Assembly: GCF_008831285.2 (NCBI RefSeq)
Contig: NC_045138.2
Location: forward strand, 3,658,001 to 3,722,000
Direction: 5' to 3'
Length of the DNA stretch: 64,000 nt
Origin: Nymphaea colorata
Taxonomy: Eukaryota
Part shown: positions 35,001 to 47,839 of the stretch, piece by piece
Layout of the letters: every line of letters starts with the position of its first letter
Position numbering within the stretch: the first letter of the stretch is position 1
The notes under the pieces: generated by a model
Told to the model about the DNA's origin: nothing
Databases searched by the model: none
What the model saw: only the letters and a program-made list of their open reading frames with translations
Translations under genes and position numbers: made by a program

Positions 35001-38000
35001 TTCTCTTGCAGATGGTTCCTCTACCTGTGTGGTAGGCGAAGGCACTCTGTCCTTGTTGGACAAATTTCATGTGCAGGGCGCTTTACATGTTCCCCAGTTT
35101 CCTTTAAATCTCTTATCAGTCAGTAGACTTACTAAAGAATTGAATTGTGAACTTATATTCTCTGCCGATCGTTGTGTTTTGCAGGACTTGGTGACAGGGA
35201 AGAGGATTGGGATTGGTTTAGCTTTTGATGGATTATATCGTCTTCCCATACGTGTGGCTACTGCTCTGTTGACAGCGATCCGCAAGACAGATAAGAGAAG
35301 AGAAGATTGTCTTCAGTCTTTTATGTACTGGCATGAACGTTTTGGGCATTTACCTTTTGGGATTTTGAAACATTTGTTTCCAGACTTGTGTTCCTCCTTT
35401 GATTTGTCTTCCATTTCTTGTGATGTTTGTCAGTTTGTCAAACATGTGAGGGCTTCGTACCCTCTTTCTTCTAGTTGTGCTAATGAAGCTTTTTCCCTGA
35501 TTCACTCTGATGTATGGGGACCTTCGGGCATTCATACCCGTCAAGGTTTCCAGTATTTTATCACTTTCATTGATGATTTCTCTCGTGCTACATTTATATA
35601 CTTGTTAAAAGACCGCAGCGAGGTTCCTCGCATCATAGAGACATTTATTCTTCTTGTGCATACCCAGTATGGTGCGAATGTTAAAACTTTCAGGTCCGAT
35701 AATGCCCGTGAGTACATGTGTCAGCCTGTTGAGGAGTTTCTTAGACAACGGGGGATTGTTCACAAGACATCCTGTAGTTACACCCCCCCTCAAAATGGGG
35801 TAGCTGAAAGGAAAAATCGTCAACTTCTTAATGTCACCAGGGCTCTTTTGTTTCAGAGAAATCTTCCTAAACACTATTGGGGTGATGCAGTTCTTACTAG
35901 TGCCTATCTTATTAACCGCATGCCCAGTCGTGTTTTGAATGGTAGGACTCCCCACTCGTTGCTTCCTGGCAGTCGTCCACCATTTCCTCTTCCTCCTCGT
36001 GTTTTTGGTTGTGTATGTTTTATCCATGATCACAGTCCAAATGTCAAGAAACTTGATCCTAGGTCTATCAAAGGTGTCTTTGTTGGATACTCCCCTACGC
36101 AAAAAGGATACAAATGTATTGATCCTATTACTGGTCGAGCTTATGTTACGAGGGATGTTACCTTCTTGGAACATGCCTCTTACTTTGGTGCGAATCCTCT
36201 TCAGGGGGAGCAGTCTGTGGGCAGGGAAGAGTATTCTCAGAGACAGGAACTTCAGTTTATAAATTTTTTGGACTACAAGAAAGCAGAATCACTTAATACT
36301 GTTGATGTGCCTGAGAAGGAGGAAAAGGGTGACAATAGCATTGAGAAGGAAGGCCCTCAGTTGTTTGGACAGTTCTACTCTAGACGAGGTACTCGGACAG
36401 AGATGATGACTTGTGATGCTAGATCTACTTCCAATCCCAATGCCACTCCTTCCCTGGATGAACCAAGTCCTACCGAGGAGACCGTGGAGACTCATGATGA
36501 GGTTGAAAAGAAGAATGACGATCTTCCCATTGCCCTGAGAAAGGGTGTCAGGTCATGTACTCAACACCCCATTGGTAATTTTGTTTCTTATTCCAGACTT
36601 GGGAAAGATTACAAGTGCTTTGTTTCTACTCTTTCTTTGGCTGTGATTCCCAGGACTGTCGCTGAAGCTCAAAGTGACTCCAAGTGGGCTGATGCAATGA
36701 AAGAAGAAATAGATGCCCTAAGAAGAAACTTGACATGGGAAGTGGTGAAGATTCCTGAAGCCGCTCACCTAGTTGGATCCAAATGGGTGTATACCATCAA
36801 GTACAAACCAGACGGGAGTGTTGAAAGGTATAAAGCTCGACTTGTGGCCAAGGGGTTTAGCCAGAAATATGGAATTGATTACTTGGAAACCTTTGCTCCT
36901 GTTGCGAAAATGAAGACTGTGAGGGTAGTTATATCCCTAGCTGTGATGAAGGAGTGGAAGATGTATCAACTGGATGTTAAGAATGCATTCCTCAATGGTA
37001 ACCTCGAAGAAGAAGTATATATGCATATGCCTCCAGGATATGAAGAACCAGAAAAGTGTTGTAAGCTGAAAAAGGCCTTGTATGGCCTTAAGCAATCGCC
37101 CAGAGCGTGGTTTGAACGACTGAGAAGAGTGATGATACGTCATGGATACAAACAAGGAAATGGAGATCACACTTTGTTTGTGAAGAAGAAGGAGAGCAGG
37201 GTTACTCTCCTGCTCGTCTACGTAGATGACATGATTGTTACTGGAGATGATGAGGAGGAGATTATCAAGCTAAAAGGGTTACTGGCTATAGAATTCGACC
37301 TCAAAGATCTTGGCAAGCTAAGGTATTTTCTTGGTATGGAGGTTGCTAGGTCTAGTACTGGTCTTGTACTAAACCAAAGGAAATATACATTAGATCTGCT
37401 GGAAGAAACTGGTAAATTGGGATGTAGACCTACTCCTACCCCTTTTGACACTGGGCACAAGTTGAGTCTTAGAGATGGAGAGCCTCTCTGTGAAGAAGAC
37501 AAGGGAAGATATCAACGTTTGGTTGGGAAGCTAATTTATCTTACCCTCACGAGACCTGATATCACCTTTGCGGTGAATGTTTTGAGCCAATTCATGCATG
37601 CGCCAACCGATGCACATCTGAAGGCTGTGGACAGAGTGCTATGCTACCTGAAGAAAAATCCTGGCAAGGGACTCCTGTATGTGAAACAAGAGACTGTGGA
37701 AATCGAGGGCTATTCTGATGCGAATTGGGCAGGTTGTGGTGATACCAGACGATCCACTACAGGGTACTGTGTCTACTTGGGAGGAAACCTTGTTGTATGG
37801 AGGAGCAAGAGACAGGATGTTTGCTCTAGATCCAGTGCAGAGGCAGAATATAGGGCAGTTGCTATGGAAGTGTCAGAGTTATTATGGTTGAAGATATTGT
37901 TGACTGACATTGGAATAGAGATTGAATGACCTATGAAGATGTACTGTGATAACAAGTCTGCAATCAACTTAGCCAACAATCATGTTCTTCACGACAGAAC

Positions 38001-39222
38001 AAAACATGTTGAAATTGATCGTCACTTCATTCGGGAAAGAATTGATGCGAAAGAGTTGATCTTACCTTACATGAAGTTTGAAGACCAAACTGCTGATGTT
38101 CTGACGAAAGCTCTTCCTTCAGCTTCATTTGAGAGGAATGTATCCAAGTTGGGCATGTTTGATATGTATGTCCAACTTGAGGGGGAGTGTTGATAGATTG
38201 TGTGTTTCGGGTCCGGATCCATACCCGACCCGCCTTGTAGCCCGTTTTGGGCTCTACTTAAGTCATGTAACCCTAATCCTTAAGAGTTAATGATAATCTT
38301 AAGAGAGAGAGAGTCTGGCTGCTAGTGGGCACCAACTCCTCCTCATTCGTGGTTTTTTCTCCCTCGTGTTGAGGGTTTTCCACGTTACATCGTGATCATT
38401 GTTTCTCTTCGTCTTCTTCTTGTTCGTATTTCTACAAGAACAAAGGTCAATTGCTGTGACTACTGTGAGTGTGTGTGTAAAAGTGCAAATTGTTAAGACA
38501 TGCTGGATCTGGAACCAAAGCTGACCCAGATACACATACAGCTTTTATGGATACTGTTACAATGTGTTAATTTCAAATAACAGAAAACATTAGCTGCAAT
38601 TTTATTTGGATATTACCTCATATCACTAGATTACATTCTTAAGTTTTGCTAATTTTTTTGTTTTTGAACTTAACAAGAACTCAATTCAGGCCTTATTTAA
38701 CAGTTTTCAAGAAAACTGTGGCCCTTTTAAGGAAAATTACATTACAAACATGGCCTTTCTTCGGATTTATGGGCAAAAGGTAGACATTTTCCTTGTTTAT
38801 AGCATTCAGACTTTATCAATGTCAAATACATAAGATAAAGAACCATGTTTAATGGCCCAAGAAATGAGTCAACCTTGTTAGCCAGGGTTCACATTCCTTC
38901 CTGTGCAGCTGGAGCAAGAGACTCAAAACCAAGTAAAAATGGATCACGATACAGGAGACGCAACTTCAAGCGCATAAATTCCAGCATTTAAGAAACTTGG
39001 TGAATCTCTTTTTCCTCAGAGAAAGAAACATCCATGACAAGTCAATGTACCCTGGACAGATTCCATTGCTCTATCCTTCATATAATTGACCATGAAGTCA
39101 CACAAAGAATCCAATACAACAAGGAACAGTAAGAAAATTTGTCTGTTCACAATCTAAATGAAGAACTGGTAAGCTTTATTGCAACAATGTGATAGGTAAC
39201 AAGTCATTGAGAAGGAAAAAAC

Positions 39223-39280
<58 letters not shown>

Positions 39281-42200
39281 ATTCAATTAGGAGGGAAGAA
39301 AATAAGGTGTACTGAACGAGTGAAATTACTGCAAAGTGAGAAACTACCCTAGAAAACCTCTAACAAGTTGAACGCAAACCTGAAATGTTTTCCTTATGGT
39401 ATCATAATTTTGATCATCACTTGTAGCAGAGGTGGTAGAAAGCTCCCGCCTTAGTCCATCAATGCGAGTAAGGAATATATCCAAATACTGGAATATCCAC
39501 AGATAAAATAAATTACTCACAAATCATGTGCCATAAACATAATTAGCCTTTCCAAGTCCAACCATCAAAGCAAGATAGAAACAAATCCTAACACTCAAAT
39601 ATCAATAGAAATAAATTATATAAAAAAATATTTGGAAAAATGGAACAAATTTTCAGGAACTTTAAGAGTAAAACAAACTGAACATTTAGATACAGAAATC
39701 AATCAAAAAAGAAGCCAAAGAATTTCTGAGCAACATATAAATTATTTTGATTACATTATACAGTTTTATGATTATTAAAATTTAAAACATCACGAAGGTT
39801 AAAAGAAAAGCAAGCATGTATGCATCTCTAGAATGGAAGAGGAGCCAATTAAACAGAGAATAAAAACAACAGAAGGTCAACTCAACCCTGTCAACCATTC
39901 AGCTGCATAACACTCTAATATGAAAACCTTGTGCCACCAAGAAGTAACTAAAACAACTCAACAATTGACTATTTGGAAAAAGAAATAAAAGAAACCCAAA
40001 AAATGTGAATAGAGGTCCTCAGCACAATTACTCTAGTTTTTTGTGCCCATAAAACTTGAGATTTATGTTATTTAAAAACCATGAAGTATTGGCTTCAGAC
40101 ATGTTTGGACACCAACACTGACACCGACACGTAGACACAAGCAGGACAAGTGATTTTTCACATACTAAGTGACCAAAAATATGGACACTTTTTCTAGTGG
40201 TTTGGGACATATGTGCAATGGAGTGGACCCAACTTTTTTTTCTGCCTGCCTCCCACTCTAGATTAAAAAGGAAAATAAAGACACCTAGAGTAAAAACTTT
40301 CCCCTGCTCTCTTGTTAAATGAAAAGAGAAGGAGAAGAAGTGCACAAACTGCTTAATTTTTATAGCATTTTTCTGGCCTCTGTGTGAGTGTGTCTGTTAG
40401 AGACAGAGAGAAATAGAGAGAAGGATGGCATAGATTGAAACAGGGGAAAGAGATTGAAGTTCTGATGGCATAAACGTATAACATAATATTTGAAATTTTG
40501 AACCAACTGATTGTGCATCTCCATTTGCCTTTCAATTGTTTGAAGCAAGCAATTGCTTATTATACAACAAAGGCTACTAAGACCTGATGGCCGCCAAATC
40601 TAGGATTTTCTTTTAAGTGGTGTTTGATGGGCATGGATCTTACTGTAGACGAGGGACATGAGTTCTGGCTTAGCAGTTTGATCTACGCTTCATCACACAT
40701 GGTGGAAATATCCAACATAAGGATAAAAAAAGAGCTGGCAAGGGAAAGAGGTGAGGTGAACTGAGCAATTTACTTGAGCATCTCAACTGAGAAAGATTCC
40801 ACTCAGTTAAATGTTGATTGATGGTAAGATCAGGGTCAATAGACTCAATACTGTTTTTTATGTATTAATTCTTAGTGTTTATTAATTCCTTAGATGTAAT
40901 AGAACAAGTCAATAATCCAGATGAGTGAATAAAACTTGTTCAGTGTCCTCCTCTTCATTTCTTGGTTTTCTTTGCTTTTGCTGCAAAAAAGCATACAGAA
41001 AATGGGCACGAAAATAATCAATGGTTACATGCTTTTTTTTTTCTTTTGTTTCTCCTTTGATCCAATAAGCTCATTTGTTGCAGCTCATTGGTATGTTCAT
41101 CGTTATTGTCTGTTCCTGTGCAAATCTAGGACTGGTCTTAACTTTTTGTTAGTTTTGGAAGTCTGTTCAGTGGAGTCTAACTAGTGTTGTACGTATCGTA
41201 CGATACGGGGCCGTATCGTACGATACGTATCGTATCGTTTACAAAATACGATACGATACACCCCCTGTATCGCAAATGTGGGTGTATCGTACCTGTATCG
41301 TACGATACGTGCGATACGGGCCCCCGTATCGTACGATACGTGCGATACGGGCCCCCGTATCGTACGATACGGTGCGATACGGGATTTCTAAAAAGGAGAC
41401 TTGAACCCCATTTTTTCGAGTTTTTTTTATAAAAACCCACCCCTTCCTCATTTCTAATCTATAGATTGTACCGTTTTAGAGGGAAATCATCGATTTCCAT
41501 TGTGAAATCATCGATTTCCATTGTGAAATCATCGATTTCCATTGTGAAATCATTGATTGTCACCGTGAAATCATCTATTAAACCATGGATTTGTGCATGG
41601 GTGGCTGATTCCCATTGAGAGGAAATGGTTTTTTTTTTAAACCATGAAGATAAAGATGAAAAAGAATGATATTGTTATGAATTTTGATGTCTATGAAGTA
41701 TGAATGATGAACTGTGAACGTGTAAGTTTATAGCATTTAGCAAAATAATAAGTCTATCATTATATCTAAAAGACTAAACCATGTTTTATATGAAGAATTT
41801 ATTATTTTTAATTTTTTCTGATTTTTTATGAATTTTTTGATTTTTTTTAATTTTTTCTGATTTATTATTATTATTTTTTTAAAATTTACGATACGGTTAC
41901 GATATGTTACGATACGGCGTATCTTAAAGCCCGACCGATACGCCTTACGATACGCTTTTTACAACATTGAGTCTAAGTAATGTTATGTTATTGTAATTAT
42001 TAGCAGCTTTGTGATTTTAGTTTTTGAAAATATTAGCAGGTTTGTAATATTATGTTATAGTAAGGACAGCAAAAAATATTGCAATATTTTTTAACATATT
42101 GTGATATTAACAAAAAAAATGGATACAATGAGAAAAAGGGAAAAAATGATGTTTTGAAAAAAAAAAATCAAATTTTATAGTGATTTTTCATTTATTTTTT

Positions 42201-45200
42201 ATTTCATTTTCTGTTTTCATTTTTTTCAACTTTTGTTTCACTGTTCTACATGTCCCCTAGATGCAATACAATGTTTATTACTTTATCATTTTTATCATTA
42301 GATGTTCTTTATATCTTCTAATTAGTTTCTCATTCATTGCACTTTTACCTGACATTTTGATTTTTTTAACTCAGATTTTTTCCAAAAAAAAAAACTGCTG
42401 AAATACCCAAGAAAACCACGCTGTTGAAATCCAAGAACAATAGTTGTGGCTATGATTGTAAGTAGTAGCAGCTCGTTGAGCAGCTTAGTGTTATAACTTA
42501 TATCTGTCCACAGGTTTAATACGTTGAGCGTGTTCTACAAATTATAGTGGTTATATTTTTCTTCCATGTAATTTTGTCCACTTTCATCAAACAAGAGATA
42601 GGCATCCACAGATTTTTGTCCTTGCCAAGTAGAAAATTTAGGACGAGATTTTTGTCTGTAGATTTTCATCCATCAATTTTTATCCATAGATTTTTGTCCA
42701 TGGATATCTATCTGTGGCCATCAAATGGGTCCTTAATGCCAGAGAATACATTCTTAAAGTAGGAGACAAAGTCTGGCTAGTTACCAACCTGCCTTGGTAC
42801 CTCTCTTAGCCTTCCTACCCAGATCTAGAACTTGATAGCTCCTACTTGAGCACAGAAGGCACACTGACTTTTGTTTCCATAAGCACTTGAAACGATGGCA
42901 GGCTGGCAGCTAAATCTAGGGATTTTCTCTTAATGACAGAAAAATACATACTCTTGTATGTTTTGTTTTGATTTTTAGGGTTCCAATGCAAGTTATCTGT
43001 ACGAAATAGACAGATCGGGCCTACATAATTAGCACATAGCACAATCTGTCCTAACAGTTAATATTGCTAATGAAAGACACCTGTTAATAAAAAAATACTT
43101 TAGACATAGGTTGGAGGGCCACAGCTCTCAAGTCTTAAGTCTTCAACACCATAAAGTTGTACAAGTATGTATAAACAAAAGTGCATAGGGAAAATGTATA
43201 TGACATTGCCGCACTACTTCCCAGCTTCAGCTGCCTGATCAACAAGCATCATCCGATACATATTGAGAACCTAGTGAAGGCATATAGTCGTAGCATCAGC
43301 ACAACCGCTGATTACAATGAAAATAATAACAAGATCTCCGATATATCATTTGAGTGCAAAGTTTATGTATTGTATTGATTGTTAAATAATAATGAGTATC
43401 ATCACTAGAAGCAATCTCACTCCAGCACTGATAAATCGCAGTTCAAAAGGTTCACTAAGTTTGGTTTGCCGATTTATTCGGCATTCCAACAAATCAGACT
43501 CAATCTGAGTCACATAGTTAACCAATCATATCAGTAATAGCAGTAAAAGAAATTAAACAAATAAATAAATAGATAGACAAGCAATTCACAGTAGCATGAT
43601 ATTCGATGATGCATACACATGCACCCGCCTGAGTAAAATCACATGATGCCACCCAGCTCATCGATGTATTTAGGGCGCACCATTGTGCAGCTTACGGTCT
43701 CAAACACTGAGTCACCGGGAATATTGGCATAGTTTAGGGTAACCACTGCCGTGCTCCACATTCGTTGAGCTCAATTGCATTATTGCAGTAACTGCATCCC
43801 ACACTCGTTGCCTCACGCCAGGGATGAGCTCCTCTAAGTAGCCCGGGGAAGGAGCACTTTATACATCAATCCCTGCAGTCAGAGAAGGTTTCGATCACCC
43901 AGGTCCCCGAACCCCTGCACCACCTAACCGAGCCCTTTGTATGTTTTACAGTTGGGTTTGGTTCTTTATAGTAGCAACATGTGTCGATCTTAGACTTTTC
44001 ATTTCCGATATATTGGGCCGCTTTCGGACTTTCCCTTATACCATCAATCTGAATACTGATCTCAGACTTTTCATTTCCGGTATACCCGACCACTCTCAGA
44101 CTTTTCATTTCTGGTATACTCGACCACTCTCAGACTTTCCCTTATACTATCAACCCGGAAATATAAAACCGGCCCTAGGCCATAGCCCACATCATAATCA
44201 TAACTCAGGCCATCAACAAACATTGCGTAAAGTAAATAAACAACCATCATGTTCAATCAATTCAACGCATGAGTATACTTTTACATCTGTCATCACTACC
44301 CAGCTTGCATTCTCAATTACACTCATCTCAGAGCTAAAGCACAGGTTTATCAATTAACAACTCACTCTTAGAACTCAATATCGAGCTTGTATCATCAGCA
44401 TAGCTCGAAGTTCCCATTTGACTCAATTAGCTTTTGGCTCAATTAGCAGGACATGTAAAGTTCATCAGAAGCTCATAAGTTCAACCTAAATAGATTAGGA
44501 TGATTGGATGAAATCAGGCATACCCATTCATAATTTTTTAGAACAGGAACAAGCTCATAGATATCAGAATTCTACTGTGTTGACATTCCCAAATGTTGAT
44601 ATATCATTAACTTGGTAATACATTTTACAGAATACCAAAGATCTGCCCATTCTTGTGTGACATATACACTGAAGATCTGAACGTCACCAAGATTGACATG
44701 GTCACTTCAGATGCAGTCCATTTAGGTTTCTTCACTTGGTTATAGAGTAAAAAATAAAAGGGTGAAAGACTACAACTGTGGAGCACACCAAATTAGCAGA
44801 GGAAATTAAGCTCAAACGATAAATATAATCAACTGATCGTGGCATTGTTTGCTGCAATGACCTCAGTCAATCAACTATGGTCAACTACCAGTTATCAGAC
44901 ATTCAATTGAACTAAGCTACATGATATAAAAGTACTAACCTATTTTTACATGACCAAGCTGATGTTTCGTTATCAATGAGATGCAATGTTGCATTACTAT
45001 GACAACTGCATCTGATTGCTGAATAAAGGTGTGCTCAGCAGAAGAATTATTTGGTGACACATTCTACCATCCTCAAGTAGAAGAGTGGCTTGGGAACAAT
45101 CTCATATATAAGAATTGAGAAATAATACGGTCATACTTTCCTAGTCCTTATATTATGTTTTTAATAATTTGTAGCTCTTTAGGTGACAAGCCAAAGCGAG

Positions 45201-47794
45201 TTAGGCTGCATCATGACTTCCACACCGAGTAAATAAGGCTGTTCTGGTATTAAGGAACACATACCTTTGTCAGGTCATGCACTATCTTATGTCTGGTTTC
45301 CTTAAGAGTTTAATTGAAACCCACCAGTGCAAATAGGAGTCTACCCAATTAGAACCTTGGAATCTTATATTAGTTCTTCACTCAGGTCATCACATATATC
45401 TTCTTTATTTCACTGGATTTTGAAAATCTGGTTGCACTTAATGCAGCCTCTTCTTTTCACCTTTGGTAGCCATCCAGGTGATTCCTAGTTAAGAAATGTT
45501 GTATCTTTTTGTCATTTGGTTTCTGCAAATGTGTCTTTATCCTAGTTTGCTTCTTAGCAGAACCATTAGGATAAAACCATGTCAATAACCATGTCATGCC
45601 AACAAAACTAAAAGGCTGCCTTACCCATGTCAATATTTCAAAAAATGTGTGTGCGCATGCATGTAGCCTTGGACATGACTTACATATGGTCAAACCTATG
45701 CTTTTTTTCTTATCCAGTTCTGGACTGCACGTCTAACGTAATTGGAACCAAACAGCAAGACCATATTATGTATGATGGAGTTCACAATTAGTCCCGTCCT
45801 CATCTGCTCTTGACAGGGAGGAGTCCCCATATTATGCATGTGGAGTTCACAATAGTGCCATCCTCATCCACGGACATGCTATTTGAAGCCTGACCATTTG
45901 ATTGAGTTTTGCTTGTTAATAACGGGCAAAAGCAGTCACTCACTTCATTGAAACTTCTGTTTACAGTAAAATAACCTTTTTAAGTGAATTCTAACAAGAA
46001 AAGTCAAACACATAAGCCCCTTATCATCAGCAAAACAGAAGACAAATACTCAAATAGTAACCAGTAGCAAGATACCATTCAATCATTAAAAACTGCAATA
46101 AGCTGGCGAAAGTCATATTTCTTACCTCACCAAAACTTGAAAAACTACATTGCAGTGCCTGCTCAAACACCTGCATGACAGCATTTAAAGTCAATTGAAA
46201 GAAAAGGCATTTCAAATAAACGGGTTACAAGGAGACGATATCAGAACATCAGGGGTGCAAAAGTACCGAGTATCCACAAACATAATTTCTAGAAATGAGA
46301 GCTCTGAGACATTTCGACAACTATTTTATCAATAACAAAAGAGATCCTAATAGTTCAAGTGCCAAAATGATTACGACCACACATCTCAGCTGGATGTATG
46401 GAAAACAAAGGAGGAACAAGAAGATATTGCATATCAAAACAAGAATAGTTAGGATGAAGAACAATGGAACCAATAACAAACTAGATATTTAAACTTGCGC
46501 CTGGTGCTTCAACAGCAGGAGACGGACGGCGGCTAGCAACCGGTGACGGACGGCGGCTGGCAACCTTTCTCCATTTGACAGACGCACGGCAGGTTTCTTG
46601 CTTCGTTAGTTTGTATGTTTTGTTTTGATTTTTAGGGTTCCGATCAACATGTTTGCTGTGTGATTTGTTCTTCTTTCTAGTTTCCCAAATTTGATGGCTT
46701 GTTCATAACTGGTTCGCCATTGGAAGCACATTCCGGCGGTGGTGTGCTGTCTGCTGACAATCAAGTATTTCCTGCTCCCTATTCATCTGCCTCACTGCAT
46801 GGCCTGTTTTGAGTTTTTTCCTTTTTCTTGATACATTCAATTCTCAACTGACATGATTTGTTCGGAAAAATGGTAAAGAGCATATTCTTTTCTTGTGGCT
46901 TGAAGAAGATTCTGCTGACTGCGGTTTCTCTCTTCTATGAAAACTGTAACTTGCACGTCAACTCGTTCCTGATGTCTGTTTTTGGGTGCTAGTGTACTTG
47001 GAGTTTGGCAATGCTTGAAATGGAGTAAATGAGATTGTCTTTTCACACAACTGTGTTTACCGTTTACTCATTTTAATGGCTGCCTATTTGCACTCAGGCC
47101 TCAGCTCTCTTTCATGTGTGGCTTTTTCCATTTGCTTCATTTCCCTGTGCTTCAGACATGTTCCCTTGTCTTGCTTCCATTTGCTTTCATGTGTGGCTTT
47201 TTGTTAGGCTCTTGTCGAGCTTTCAGACGTGTTCGTTAATTTGATTATAACTTATTAAGTTATGCACTATGTAGCTTATGATTGTTGTTGACTTGTAATG
47301 ATATCATTTGTTTTTTCAATTTTTTTCAATTTTTTTTTAATTAAAAATATATAATTATCGCCGTACCGCGATTTACAAAAATGCCATACCAGTACCCTGT
47401 AAATCAGGCAAAACCAATGATAATGCTTCAGTAATTTCACACTTGAAGCTTCCTCCAACCCAACAAAATAATACTCAAGAGATCACACTCGAGAGGAACA
47501 AAGAACAAATATAGATTCCAATAATCACAACAAGAAGTGGCTAGAAAGCCATGTCATATTACACTAGAGAATATACACTATTTATAAGGAAGAAACCAAA
47601 AGAGAGGAGAGAGCTAGCCATTGGAGACTAGTTCCAACGGCTAGAATTCTAGCCGTTGGGACTAGTCTCCCCTTGGGTCCCCTTTGGATAAAATCAGAAA
47701 GGGGCAGGGGTGAAACAGGAAAATACAGAAAAGAAAAAGACAAAAAGAAGGTAAAAAGTTACATAAATATCCTAAGTACCCAAACCTATAAAAT

Positions 47795-47839
<45 letters not shown>

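Noticed and set aside
41177..41451. Overlapping ORFs on both strands
   Set aside because: Produced by palindromic GATACG repeats that lack stop codons
40617..42732. Possible large Tourist-like element (gtgtttgatggg .. ccatcaaatgggtcc)
   Set aside because: The ends match poorly and could be separate fragments; boundaries cannot be supported
43988..44162. Repeat-spacer-like pattern suggesting a CRISPR array
   Set aside because: The spacers are homologous to each other, the context is eukaryotic and there are no cas genes; it is a minisatellite
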